From Rhynchobatus australiae (lineage: Eukaryota), in the NCBI GenBank assembly GCA_034780895.1, contig JAUZTB010000001.1:21964516-22028515 (forward strand): a DNA stretch of 64,000 bases. Reading direction: 5' to 3'. The translations under genes were made by a program, and so were the position numbers. The notes beneath the pieces were generated by a model. That model saw only the letters and a program-made list of their open reading frames with translations, ran no database searches and was not told where the DNA came from. Every line of letters starts with the position of its first letter. Positions within the stretch are counted from its first letter, which is position 1. Shown here piece by piece: positions 25,085 through 38,770 of the stretch.

Positions 25085-25248
25085 CAACAGATTTCTGGAC
25101 ATTAGAAGAATAAAGGAAAATGAGGATGGGGATGATAAATGCAGTTGAGAGAGATAAGCCACAATCTCATTGGATGGCAGAATAGACTCAAGGGGCCAAA
25201 TGGCCTACTCCTACTCCTGCTCCTGTTTCTTACTTTCTTATGTTATGA
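25085..25248 (+). mobile_element. CR1 3' end
   Basis: ...gactcaaggggccaaatggcctactcct...tttcttatgttatg tail. Confidence 0.7.
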
Positions 25249-27204
25249 GACATTTTAGCTTCTGGTTAGAGATCATAAATGGGGTAATTCTCTATTTCAT
25301 ATCATCATGGAATCATCAATATTTAAAGCACAGGAGGAGGACTCTTGGCCCATTCCATCAATATAGATCTTTGCTAGCATAATACATACATTTGTTTGTC
25401 TTCTATTTTTATTAAGATTGAATGGTTAAACAAGAAATGAAAAAACATGTGGGATGAGATTTTGAAATTTCATTTCTTTCACCTGTGGTTTAGAGAAACA
25501 CTCATTCAGGCATAAGGATACTTGGAAAACTAACACTGCACTTTTCAGAATTATCTTGTATGAAAGTCCAGCTCCCCATACCAGACCTTCTCTCAAGTGG
25601 CCATATATTCTATTGTAATGATCTTTTGACAGCTAGTATCATAAAGAAATTAGAGGTAAATAAAATGACAGTTCATATGAACTCAATATTAACATTTTTA
25701 TTCCACTGTTTTGTTTGTTGCTCATGCTTCTTCTTGACACAGTCCAGCTTCTTGAGGAGCGTACAGTGTAGCAATATGGGGTTTGTGAACAGAATCATTC
25801 TATTCTCAAAGTGAACTGTGGGAACTGGTAGTTACTAGATTACGACATTATGAAGGGACAAATGGAGAGATGCCAACAAGTACTACTATTTAAAAGCCAC
25901 AGCATTCCAAACATTGTTACGGCAGGGGTCCTTGTTCCTCTGTCTCTTTCCACACTAATGACCTTCTTTATGCATTTTCAATGAACTCCACAATTTAACT
26001 GAAGATTCTATGGTATATTTATACTATATTCAAAGCAGGCATTTCACATTCCTACACTGCAGTTTCTGAATCACTACAACTTGATCACTTCCATGATCAA
26101 GCCTTGAGAATCCTGTTTCCTTGCAGATTTTTTTTGTTCCCAGTATCTCTTGTAATTTCAGCCATATGCTATTCCTCTTGCCTTTAACAGCTGAACTCCT
26201 TCCAAGATTATACTCACCATCACTTTCTACCTTCTCTACAAGTGATACTTCCTCTTTTCTCATTGCTAAAGCTGCTCCCATGAAATGTAGTATCATTAAT
26301 TTCTCAATTATCCAATGTCTCTTGACGTTCCACAGATCCCATGTTATTTTGTTCTTCTTGTATCTGAGGAGGCTCTTCTAGCATCCTTTCGTACAAGAAA
26401 AATCTCATCCATGAATATAAGATCACTTTCATTTAGACCGTCCTAAGCTCCATCATGGTCTAAAACTGAAATTTTCTTGCTCATCTATTGAAGATTTGGT
26501 AGATTTCCACTTTTGGGCACAGTGCACTGGAGGAAGTTGTTGGTCATACTTCTCTCACAGAGCACCCAAAGCTATTTGCAGGTTACTTGAGGAATTCCAG
26601 GTGTGGGCCTGGGAGAAGATTCAGATACGATTAGTTCTCTGACTGGTGCTCCTTTCTCTCCATCGTGGAACTGTATAGTTTGCCTCCAACCTAGATACGG
26701 GTTCGGTTGTGCATATAGCATAGAAGTAATAGGATTCTGAAAACTCCATACTTTTCCTTCCCCAGTATCGTCAGTGTTCAAATCTATTGGCCACTTTGTC
26801 CTTGTTTCATCCTTTTCTCAACATGATGTTATCTTGCTTACAGATTTTTCAATTTAAAAAGCTCCTGTAACTTTTATGCTCATTATTTATTCTGTAAATT
26901 TTTTACTGTCCGTTTAGGTTTTGTTTTAGCGGTTAAATAGGTATGATTTCCAGGGGTGAACATACCTATACGAAAAAGCCCATTATTCATGTGCAAATTT
27001 TGACTGTGATTGTTGGCAGCTTATGCAATAAAATTTACTGAAGATGCACAGAAGTGTGTCAGCCTCGGGCATTCCTGATTTGAACGCCTAACTATACAAT
27101 TTTGAAGCTAATCAGCAGATTCTTTTTTGCATATTTTATGACAGGAAAATATCTTAGGCTAGTTTAAATCCTGCTTAGTGGAGATAAAATATGTAATTTA
27201 TTAC

Positions 27205-27390
27205 ATGGAATTGTGTAGTATTTACAACACTGAAACAGACAATTCTGTCCACTCATGTTTTCGAGTCTTAATCTCTATCAATGTATTGACCGATCCCATT
27301 CTCTTTCTCGTGTTTATCCAGCATCTCCTAAATGCATCTGTGCTAGTCAACCACTCTTTGTGGTAGCAAGTCCCACATTCCAACAACATT
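27205..27390 (-). mobile_element. Old CR1 3' fragment
   Basis: Degenerate reverse-complement tail tacaacactgaaacagacaattctgtccac. Confidence 0.45.
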
Positions 27391-28605
27391 TTGGGTCATT
27401 AGATTTACTAAAGACTTTGTTATGTTTATGGCTTGCTCAGCAATAATTATGGTTTATTTCACCATTGACATCGATGCCTTAGGAAGAAAAGTCTGCAGCG
27501 TCTTATTTTGTATCAGGGTTCTTGTTCAAGTGATTTCCTTTTGATTCCATTGGTATAAGGTTACAATTTGGAGATGCACGGAATCACTTTGGGATACCTC
27601 TGTTAAACTACACAAACACAGGAATTCAGAAGGTGCACCCAGTTTCACAGAGTAATGATGGTGAAGGTCACTGGTTTTGTAACATTACTAACTCAAAATC
27701 TGAGGCATACTCTTCCTCAACTTTATCAAGTCATTTAAGAATCTTAAAGATTTTTTGCGTTTTGTTCTTTCAACCAATAGTTTACTTACAAAAAAAAGTA
27801 ATTCGATGCCTGTGGTAAACATGCAAATAATTGCTAGCTCTTCTTCAGCACAGTGTGTGTGGGATTGCTATTTGACTCCACCTACAACAGTATCTCGCTT
27901 GTCAATGGCTGTGAGTGGCATTGAATTTATATCAAATACACTGAGTTAAAAAAAACTAAGGTAATTGAAGGTAGAAACAACAGTTTAATTTTACTTTGAG
28001 CTTCTGGATCAAGAGAAGGAATAGTTGACACAGATGTTTCTGTACCATAATACATGCAGAAAGAAAATGAATGAGGGGTGTTTATAATTGTGTGAAATTT
28101 GTAATGTGGAACAGTACTGTTGCACAGAAACCAAGATGTCTACTGTATATATCAGTACACTGTGAATCTGCTGTCCCTGTAGACAGAATCTCCAGTAACA
28201 CAACTGGGCTCAGTAAAATAATGCAAGTGAACTGAGAGCAGAACTCTTTGTTCTAGTTCAGTGTCCATGTGATCACTGCCAAAGTGCATTGAAATACCTT
28301 CAAACCACAACTGGATTGCTTATTGCAGAAGGTCTGAACAAAGCATCTGGGAAATGCTTATAACTTCAAAGCAGTCATGTGTTGTTTAGAGGTTAAAGAC
28401 CTTTAAATGTAGCTGTAGAAACCACAGAGTGATTTAAACAAGAGCTTCTTGCATGCAAATGAAAAAAATAAGATTTCTCAGGGTTTGAGCTGTGTTTCAA
28501 GACAGTATACTGTACAACAAATTGGATCAGGAATCTAGCTGTAAAAACATACTCTAAAATCTATACTTTTCAGGAAAAAAAATTGTTTAAATTTTCCACT
28601 TTCAG

Positions 28606-28779
28606 TTTGGTGGCTGACGTGGTGGTGTTCAATTCTGCATTTAATATGGAATCCTTCCTTATGGCCATTGGCTCTTTCATGAAGCTAATTCCCGATCATC
28701 GGCCCAAAGAACTTGAGAAGCTCATCAGACCCAAGTGCCAAGTACTGTATTTTCCAATCAAGTTTCCTGACGTTACCAG
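28606..28779 (+). CDS. GTDC1: GTDC1/QTMAN next coding exon (174 nt, phase 2-2)
   Basis: Acceptor ttccactttcAG at 28604-5 and donor AG|GTCAGT at 28780. Its first base completes TG+T=Cys with the previous exon. Translates [57 protein letters not shown](R), the direct continuation of GTDC1. Confidence 0.95.
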
Positions 28780-31269
28780 GTCAGTAACTGGAACAAGCTG
28801 ATATTTTAAGGTTACTTAAGAGCTAACATGAGTACAGTCATTTTTCTTGTTTTTTTTAACTTTTTCATGTGAGTGCCCACATTAAGAACTCATCTAATCT
28901 AAGTTCGTTGAATGCATACAGATATTCATAGATGATTGGTAGTGTATATCATCTTTTTTTCAAAATAGCAGTATTTTTTGAGCAATCATTTCTTTTCAGT
29001 CATTTCATGAGGGGTATTTTACCATATTGGACAAGAGTGCATAATCCTGAACATTTACTTATGTTGCAGGTTTTCCTGATCTCTACAGTATGTCATATGA
29101 AACCTATTATTGCTGATGAACTTATAGGAGCTGATGTTGGCATACGAGAAAATTTCTTAGGGACTGACAACTAACTGAGCCAAATTCATGAAACTAGATT
29201 GACATTTTTGATAATTGGCCCCTCCTCAAATGTCGGCTATGTTGTAAAACTCCAATTCTTCCACACTATACAGGTCACCAGTAATGTGAGCCTTTTTTTC
29301 CAATGGCTTCCACAGTTAGTGCTGAAACTAAGTTTAAGATAACGATTACTTTCACTGGTGTTGTTATTGGATCTATAGTCAGGGAAGCAAGGAGCTGAGT
29401 TGCAAGATGTTTTGTTTAAAATAAATTGCAAAGATTTTTGCTACCTTTTAATCTGTTTTGCCTCACTGAAACAATCACTTTTATTTTTTTCAAAGCATAG
29501 TAATGTTATAATCAAATAAGAACTTGGGATCTGCCACAACCATGACACTGATTGATAGCTAATGCAAAACCTGAAGTAAATTGTTGATGCACAAAAAAAT
29601 GATTCCCCACCAAAAAAAATATACACTAACTTCACCAAAATGCGAAGTGAGTATATTATGTTTCACAAATGACATTATGATTGACCACATTAATATTCAA
29701 TTTTTCCTTCATAGGTACAAAAACATTAAATGCTCATTCTGATGGTCTATCATTTGTCACCATCAATACATTAAAGATTATAATGTAGGCTCACTTTCAG
29801 CTCGCTTTCTTATTCCATGCGTGAGCATGGCATGCTATTTAAACTGCATTTGTGATAACAGTATAGAAGAGCTCATTTATCTCACTGTGAACAGTAAAGT
29901 ATTATTAGCCCAGTTTGTTTTAGTAATTATAAGCTGCTTAAGTCATTACTGTACAGTAATGGAATTCATTTGATTGTACATATCAAAACTGAGATTGTGG
30001 TACATTTGCATATTTTCTATTATCTAATGACATTCATCTACACCTGCAGAAATATTCCCTCTGTAAGGTGACATCGGTCAAAATGAGAGTTTTCTTTCCA
30101 ACATGAGAGGTTTTTTTTAATCAGTTCATTTAGCTTTCTTGCTGTTGATATCTGCGCAAAAGAGATTTGACATTGAAACAATTGAATTGGAGATGAATAT
30201 TTGCCTGAAGAACTGCTGGAATAAAAAAAAGTTGTCATGTTAGAAATGTAAGGCACATGTGTTTGAAATGAAAATTAAGTCATCATTTAAGTCTGGGAAC
30301 CTATTGAGTATCATGACCCAGACAGGATGTGATTTTGGCCAGGTTTGCAGGTATATTACCAGAGTGTTAGTTCAGGTGTAATGTGCAACTACTGTCTTCA
30401 GGAAGAGTTGCTACTTGACTTAACTCTTTCTGAAGATTGCAATATTGGCTTAAAAGGCTCTTGAGCATCTTACCGGCTAAGTTACAAGCTCCACATAACA
30501 CAGGCCTAGACCTTTAGTAGCAATTCTGAACGTTAAAATTTAAAAATGACAATGACCAAAATACAGCAAATGTTATGATCTGAGTGTATATTTTTGTTTA
30601 GAGATGACAGTAGCTTCTGTTGTCTGTGCTCACTGGGTGGGCTGAGATTCCCCTTTTCACATTGAGTGCTATGGGTATAATAGTAACAACTCTTGTGTCA
30701 TGGAATGAATGTAGTTATTGGCAGAGATTCAGCTGGAGGAATAGTAGATAAAGGCACTGCCTCCTGCAGTATCAAACCATACACACCAGGAAATTTTAAG
30801 GCAAACCAGTAATCAAATCTGTGTTTGTATTTCTTGGCAACTGTTATTCCCTATGTTCTTGGGTTAGGAGGGGGAAAATTGTCTGGAGATCCTGCTTTCC
30901 AGTGATGGAACTCGAATCGTGCACACGGGGTTCCCATGAACTCTGCCAAATCTCATTGTTTCAGGATTAAAGTATGATGATTTAAGTAAAATAATATTTG
31001 AGAAGCTGCTAGATTTGTAAATCGGTAATGATCCAATACCTACAGGAGAGAAAATTGGCTGGGGAAGGGAAAAATACAATTGCAAACTGGGAATCTACCA
31101 CCAGAAGCAAAGTGGACTTGTTTCATTTTCCTCTTGATAGTTTATAGTGTTTGTTAATTTGCTATCAGGAAAATACTTCTAAGCTAAAATAAGAAAAGCA
31201 AAACTGTTATGAAAGAGAGAAATCTAGTTTTTCAGAGCTGTCAAGGTTCTTGAAGAACATACCAAAGTT

Positions 31270-31620
31270 ATGCAGTAGCTATTCTAATCCCAGGTTAGAC
31301 CACACCTGGAGAACTGTGGACAGTCTGAACATCACATTTTAGGAAGGATATCTTGTCCTTGGAGAGAGTACTGCATAGATTTGCCAGAATGGCGCCCTAG
31401 TTTAAGGATTAATTTATGAGGAGAGATAACACAAGAGTAGGTTGTGTTTCTGGAATTTAGAAGTTGTCAAGATAGAGGGGAGATGGAGAAAAACATTTCC
31501 ATTAAGCATCGTAGTCTAAAAGCTGGTAGAAATCTGGAACACTCTCTTCTACAAACCACAGTTACTGCTAAGCAACAGTTAATTTTAAATCCAGATTGAT
31601 AATTTTGTGATAACGGGAGT
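31270..31620 (+). mobile_element. Old CR1 ORF2 C-terminal fragment
   Basis: VRPHLENCGQ...FRKDILSLERVLHRFARM remnant. Confidence 0.7.
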
Positions 31621-32064
31621 CCACATTGATTTGGATGGGGATTACCAATCAAGAGAATAAAAGGAATACAAAGTTATGTTTCTTTTGTTCTTTTATTTAC
31701 CTAAAAAAAAGTTATGATCAATGAATCCCTAACTCTAATCCACCTCCTTTTGGGTTATTCCCAGAAAATTGTTATTTATTCCATACAGGTGCACACTGAG
31801 ACTGTAGTATGTATTATTTATTAAATTTAACTGGTGTGCAGAGAATGATGGCCATCACACACAAACCAGGATACTATGTTATTAGATTACTGTTCATGCC
31901 ATTTCTTCAAAATATTTTTCATATTTTCTTTTGGAGCTGGTATCATAATTGTAAATCAGTGACATTGTAAGAATGACAAGTGCAATAGCTTTATTAAGTT
32001 CTTATTAAGATGTGTTAATCTCAAGTACCAGATTGCAAGCACAACATCAAATGTCGGCTGGAGG

Positions 32065-33135
32065 CACAGGACTCTGCAGATACTGGAATCTGGAGCAAAA
32101 AACAAACTGCTGGAGGAAATTAGGGGGTCAAGCAGCATCTGTGGAGGTGATGTTTTGGGTCAGGACCTGCACCAGGACCGAGGGTACAGAGGAAAAATGG
32201 CCGGTATAAAGAGGTGAGAAGTGGGCTGGTAGGTGAACCAGGTGAGATGGGGGATGATGGACAAATGGAGCTAGGTGGCAGAGGGGGAAGTTAGAGGCGG
32301 GGCTGGAAGATGATAAGTGGCACAAGATGGAGAGTGGGATAGGAAGAATAGGCCAAGGGACAAGAAATGCAGGTGGGTGGGAGTGTGTGTAGTGGGCAGA
32401 TGGAACCTGGAACCAGGTGTGGGAGGCTGACATATCTAGGTGACAGGGTGGGTGGATTGGAAAAGGTGAACAAAGGGAGAGAGAACCTGGATGGACTGGT
32501 GAGAGTGGGAAAGGAACACGTGGGGTGTGGGTTCATACTATTGATTTGTAGGCTACTCAAGCAGAAAATGAGGCCAAACACAAACTCGATGAACATCTCA
32601 CATTCCGCTTGAGTAGCCAACAAATCAATGGTATTAACAGTGAACTTTCCATTTTCAGGTAATCCACAGCCTCAGTGTTCCTTTCTCACTCCCACTGATC
32701 CACCAATGTTCTCTCTCCTTTTGTTCACCTTTTCCATTCCCCCACCCCCACCATATTACCTCAAGTTATCACCCTCTAACAAATGGTTCCATGTGCCCAT
32801 CACTCCCACACCCATCCACCTGGGTTTCTTCTCCCATGGCCTACCCTTCCTACCTCTCTCACATTGTTTCCATCTGTTCATTATCCCTCCCTTATCTGGT
32901 TCCACATCACCTTCAAGCCCGTGTCTGTACTGTCGCCTTCTCCCTCCACACCTGGCTACAACTGCCCATCAACCCCCACATCACCAACCTACCAGCCCCT
33001 ATCTCACCCTTCCCTCTCAACTCTTAATATTGACTCTCTTCCTTCCACACTCTCAGTCCTGGGGCAAATGCCAAATGTCCCCTTGTCTCCACAATTGCTA
33101 CTTGACCCACTGAGTTACTCCAGCAGTTTTTTGCA
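32065..33135 (+). mobile_element. 5'-truncated Penelope-like element with inverted terminal repeat
   Basis: About 32545-32662 encodes a GIY-YIG C-terminal remnant (NEAKHKLDE..HLTFRL....NGINSELSIFR*). About 32660-33135 is a C-rich 3' region whose inverted G-rich copy is at about 32065-32535. Confidence 0.75.
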
Positions 33136-33449
33136 TAAAATGAAGGCCTTTGAACATAGGTTGAACAGTTTGCAGCATTGGTCTGTAAGACTACTATCAA
33201 TTGAGGAAGGGTGGCAAAGAACTTGGAAAGAAACCTTTTAGCACTTTTTTCTCTAATGCAATACAATTCTACAATCAACTTGTGTTTCTGTGTTTGCAAC
33301 CTGGGGAGTCCATTTGCCATGCTGGGATTTTATATTAATTACCTTGGGTGAGAACGTTGATTTAAACTAAGAATATCCTTGCATTCTTTGCCTACTTTTG
33401 ATGAAGAATGTTACTGTTTTATCACTTCATGTGATGTGCACATACTGTC

Positions 33450-33620
33450 AAAGCTAGCATTTATTCCCCATTATCTATTGCCCTTGACATGGTAAGCTAT
33501 TTCCTTAAGCCATTGTAGTTCATGTGGTGAAGGTACTCTAATGATGTGGTTAGTTAGCGAGTTCTAGGATTTTGACTTAACGATAATGATATGTTTGCAA
33601 GTCAGCAAGGAGGGGGATCT
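33450..33620 (-). mobile_element. LINE 3' terminal fragment
   Basis: gcatttattccccattatctattgcccttg... is a reverse-complement tail related to the 3' end of the 62230-62570 SINE. Confidence 0.45.
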
Positions 33621-34639
33621 TTCTACCTTGGATGATTTTGCTTTGTGAAAGATGCAATAAAAGCACAAGGTGTTGTGTTTATTGCTGTTATTGTTGTGAT
33701 AAAAGTAGTAGGTCAGATCATTCACCCTGATAACAGTACTAATGCTAGGACCTACCCTAGCATCCCCAAGCAAGACTTGGTTTCCAGAGCCTTTGGCAAT
33801 AGCTTCCCCTGTGATACTCTGATGGACTCCTCATGGTGTCTAATGGGACAGCAAAAACTTCTGTGGGTTTCCCAACCACCCAATGAGTCCATACCAGGTT
33901 AAACCTTGTGCTGTCATAGCAGCCCCATTCAAACAAATGGGAGACATTAATTGTCAGGAAAATAGAAAATAGTTTTATGATTATTTATTTATATTGGTTT
34001 CACTGTTTTAAATTGATTTTTAGCATCTGAATATATTTTTTAGGCATCTAAACGCTGACACTTTTTAACAGGTTCTAATTGTTAGTGTTTGTGAATATCA
34101 AAGACTGTAACACTAACACTTATAGCTGTTGAGCTGGAGGGTGNNNNNNNNNNNNNNNNNNNNNNNNNNNNNNNNNNNNNNNNNNNNNNNNNNNNNNNNN
34201 NNNNNNNNNNNNNNNNNNNNNNNNNNNNNNNNNNNNNNNNNNNNNNNNNNNNNNNNNNNNNNNNNNNNNNNNNNNNNNNNNNNNNNNNNNNNNNNNNNNN
34301 NNNNNNNNNNNNNNNNNNNNNNNNNNNNNNNNNNNNNNNNNNNNNNNNNNNNNNNNNNNNNNNNNNNNNNNNNNNNNNNNNNNNNNNNNNNNNNNNNNNN
34401 NNNNNNNNNNNNNNNNNNNNNNNNNNNNNNNNNNNNNNNNNNNNNNNNNNNNNNNNNNNNNNNNNNNNNNNNNNNNNNNNNNNNNNNNNNNNNNNNNNNN
34501 NNNNNNNNNNNNNNNNNNNNNNNNNNNNNNNNNNNNNNNNNNNNNNNNNNNNNNNNNNNNNNNNNNNNNNNNNNNNNNNNNTTCACATTTACCCCACAGG
34601 AAACTGATGTTCCTGCAAGTTGAGATATTTGATAAGCAG

Positions 34640-35200
34640 TCTGACAGCCATGAGACAATCAAGGGGTAAACAGAGGTCAAAGCACATCATTGCCCATGGA
34701 CAGTGTAACCAAAGAGCAATATGTAAATGAGGAAGAAACAGGCAGCATGGCTGGAAGATGCAAGAATCTCCTGAGGTTACAGTATGTGATTGGGAAAGGA
34801 AGCCTTGGCTGGAAGTGCTTTGGCAATAGTTGGATAGATAACGATAAAAGTGAAACAACAGAGGAGGTAACATCGGAGTAAAGTGCGATTGATTGCCAAA
34901 AACTATAGGGAGGACAAGGGAGGTAAAGTGCACCATGAAGACAGTTGTTAAGAATAGAATATCACATTGACAAGGCTTTGGCCATTTTTATGTATCATGA
35001 AGTTTCTGGGGTGATGGGCAGAGAACGCATGTTATACTTTCTCGAGTTTTAGATGGGAAAAGGAGGCTGGAGATGAACATTGCTTTTCAAGGTCACAGAG
35101 TAGCTCTTTTTAGAGGAAGAGAATGCTAACAGTTGCTTTGAAATGGTGGGGGTTAGTGAATAAGGGGTGAGATACAATGACAATGTGTTGTCATAATGCA
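34640..35200 (-). mobile_element. Highly decayed L2-type RT fragment
   Basis: Minus-strand remnants of the FK.A..LLKK and ISNLPF.SK..E region. Confidence 0.45.
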
Positions 35201-36759
35201 GCTGGGAAGGGAGCTTGGGTGGTTTTCTGTTTTGCAGGAAATTGGTGAAGTCAATGTTGGATATTGCCCTATTTCATTTTGGGCACAAGCAAGAGGTACC
35301 AGACCATAAAGTCCAAGGGAAACCAGTTCAATCAAATTGCTTCCTAACTTGTACTCCATTTGATTTCCTAGTCCAGTCTTCTGAGCAGGCAGGAGCTTCA
35401 TTGAGTCAGTACATAACTTTCAAGCCACACTTTGGGCTTAAATTGCTTGAAAAGTTGGATTCTGGCATGAATTTGTGGCCAGTATTTAACGGTAAGCTGA
35501 ATAATGAGAATCAGAATGAAAATAAAATGATAAATGCTCTGTCTTAAATTCTCTGGACCCACTGGCAGGTTAAATGTTTAAAATAAATCAACCTAACCNN
35601 NNNNNNNNNNNNNNNNNNNNNNNNNNCAAGTTTTTTCTCATGCATTTTCACCATTTAGTGAGCCCTTAAGAGGTTGGTGGCTTCCTCTTTCAAAATGTAC
35701 AGGATGCTAATGAAAAGTTTAATTTGGATTTGGAAACTGGTTATTAAAGGGCCTTACACTTCAAAAATCACCTCCTTTACTACATGATTTCCACTGGAGG
35801 GGTAGAATGCAAATTACTTTTTGAAAGTGACCATAATTGTATCTGCAGCACAAACATTGCTATTTACAAATGTAGATGTTACTTAAAAAGAACTCCTGCT
35901 CCAATGTATAAATACTCTTCCATAAACTGCAAATGATACTCAACAGAGATGAATTCTGTCAATATCGTGTTCAAGTGATTGCGAAAGATTCTCTCTTCCC
36001 CCTCTCTGTACAAGTATGTAAGCATTAAAAAAAAAATGGCAGGTGTTACAATTAAACCTCCTTGGTTCTTTTACTATAATTGTGCTGTCTGGGAGATTAT
36101 TAATTATCAGATAACAATACTGGAAATAAATCTGCACAGAATTCAGTTCAAAATCAAGGAACAAAGTCTGGTAACAATAATGCACGATTTCTTGATGTGT
36201 AGTAAATTAGTCCCACACTAAAAGACCTACCCAGCATACAATGATGCCTCTTAAAGCATGTGTAGTTTATAGCTCCCTCACTGATAGAGAAGCCATACTA
36301 AGAAGAACTTGGCATGGACCACCCATAACTGTATCATGATTTTTATGACACCTGTGGGCTGAGCATATTGCATTTGTATGTACTGTCATTGCAGAGTACA
36401 GTGCATGTTCACAATTAACTGGATGNNNNNNNNNNNNNNNNNNNNNNNNNNNNNNNNNNNNNNNNNNNNNNNNNNNNNNNNNNNNNNNNNNNNNNNNNNN
36501 NNNNNNNNNNNNNNNNNNNNNNNNNGCTTTAGATGTTTTTCAGATGCTTCCCTACAGTATACATTTAACAAGAATGCCAGGGATGGTTTTTTTTATATAT
36601 TGCATCCGGTTTTATAAAAAGCATTCGGAATTGTTATGAAAAAGTTACTTTCAAGTAGGATCCTGTAATGCACAGGTTTAAAAAAAATATTGCCAATCCC
36701 TAGTTGCCCTTGTGGGTGCTGATAAATTCACAAAATCTGTGCAAAAGTTATTTTAGAAG

Positions 36760-37075
36760 ACAGAACAGTATGGCACAGGAACAGGCCCGTCAGCCCACCA
36801 ATTAAACATCTAACTAAACGAATCCCTTCTGCCTACAGAATGTCCATATCCCTCCATTCTTTGCACATTCATGAGCCTTTTAAGTGCGTCTATCGTATTT
36901 GTCTCTACTACCACCACTGGCAACATATTCCAAACGCCCACTAATCTCTGCATAAAAGAAATTGCCTTTGAACTCACCCTCTTTCGCTTTAAACGTATGC
37001 CCTCCAGTATTAGACATTTTGACCCTGGGAAAAAGATACCAGCCCTCTACCCTATCTATGCCTTTCATAATCTTG
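36760..37075 (-). mobile_element. CR1 3' end
   Basis: Minus ORF MKGIDRVEGWYLFPRVKMSNTGGHTFK, followed by the CR1 tail. Confidence 0.85.
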
Positions 37076-37084
37076 TATCAGGGT

Positions 37085-37325
37085 TTAATTATACCATTTT
37101 GCACAGTTTTGGTCTCCTTACCAAAGAAAGGATGCCCTTGCCAAAGACAAACTGCGGCAAAGATTCACTAGATTCGTTCTAGGAATGGCAGATTGGCTGA
37201 AAAAGGGAGTTTGAGCAGTTTAAGCCCATATTCTCTGGAGTTTAAAAGAATGAGTGGAGACCTCATTATAACATTTTACGGTGCTCGACATGCTGGGACG
37301 ATGTTTCCCTGGCTGAAAAATCTAG
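37085..37325 (+). mobile_element. Older CR1 ORF2 C-terminal fragment
   Basis: AQFWSPYQRKDAL...QRFTRFV.GM...YSLEFKRMSGDLI remnant. Confidence 0.75.
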
Positions 37326-37515
37326 AATAGAAACATAGAAAAACTACAGCACAATTCAGGCCCTACGGCCCACAAAGCTGTGCCGAACATGTCCCTAACT
37401 TAGAAATTACCAGACCTACCCATAGCCCTCTATTCAGCTCCGTGTACCTATCTAACAGTCTCTTGAAAGACCCTATCATATCCGCCTCCACCCCCGTTTC
37501 CGGCAGCCCATTCCA
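37326..37515 (-). mobile_element. Young CR1 3' end running into a gap
   Basis: WNGLPETGVEADMIGSFKRLLDRY on minus; CpGs retained; nearly identical to 54100-54177. Confidence 0.85.
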
Positions 37516-38239
37516 NNNNNNNNNNNNNNNNNNNNNNNNNNNNNNNNNNNNNNNNNNNNNNNNNNNNNNNNNNNNNNNNNNNNNNNNNNNNNNNNNNNNN
37601 NNNNNNNNNNNNNNNNNNNNNNNNNNNNNNNNNNNNNNNNNNNNNNNNNNNNNNNNNNNNNNNNNNNNNNNNNNNNNNNNNNNNNNNNNNNNNNNTGTAG
37701 CTTGCATTAGTGCATTACTGGAGCATGAACATGTAGGTAAGTATTGATACAGGTGTAAATTTATCCAGTGTTTTGAACAAACCTGCAATTAAAATGGTGA
37801 CACTGAACATCAGCTGTGTGCACATTTGCATGGCTTGATACCCTGAAACAATTCAGTTGAAGCAGCCTTTTCAAGGTCTGTCTCTGGATGTTCTTCATGC
37901 AGCAATAACTCTTTCCACACATAGTATTTGTTATTCATACACATGTATAAATAATTATCTATAAGGTGTATGTTTACAAATGCATAGTCGTGTGTGCATC
38001 TAAGTATAGATAGTTGTGTGTGTGTGATTGTATTATTACTTTATCATTGAACAAAGGATTCCTGTTCAAAGTAATTAACTTTGCTCATTGCCTGATAACG
38101 TTTGTTTTGAATGAAAGTAATCTTTACAAACACGACAAGTAAGAAAGTTGTCTCTTGGGATTCACATTGTATTGAAGGACCACAATTGGTGAACGTGTTA
38201 AAATTCATTGTAATAGAAACTGATAATTGGAATCAGTCA

Positions 38240-38770
38240 TTACTATCAGTTCCTGAGGCCTTGTTATTATTTTATTTGGGACCTGACCTTCTCGATGACT
38301 TGTTGATTAGGATTGGAGGCAAGGTTGGATCAAATAGGTTGCTATGGGATGGGGTCAAGGGTGCTCGTATCAAGGACACAGTTATGATTGAAAGGTTCTT
38401 CAAAGTGTTCCTTCTAGTGGGCATTGATTGTCTGTCTGTCCACTCGGATGGGTGTAAACTTGAACATTTGGCCATATATGGCATTGACAGTGTTGAAGAA
38501 TCTGTGCATGGCTGTAAGTGAGTTGCTGAACCTCCTGTGCTCATTCCAGCCACCATCTTGTATTTTGGGTCGGGGTTTTCTGCTGGACCTTTCTCTTCAG
38601 CCACCTATAGAGCTGTTTCTTTACCTTTGAGGGATGTTGCAGCTTCCAATCTAGAAATGCCTCGTGTTGACATTTAATTATCTCTGATCGTCGTGAAGAC
38701 CCATGAGAACCAAATCCGTGTAATGGCCATTTTTTTTCAATGTTGTGCTTCACCTCCAGCAAACATCAGC
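38240..38770 (-). mobile_element. RTE-clade LINE, linker/pre-RT segment (inverted)
   Basis: LKRKVQQKT...RWWLE, AQEVQQL, FFNTVNAIYG, KEHFEE.FN and NNKASGTD remnants. Confidence 0.75.

Noticed and set aside
34113-34680. Long ORFs spanning N runs (also near 8.3, 39.7, 43.9 and 48.0 kb)
   Set aside because: Artefacts of reading through gaps.
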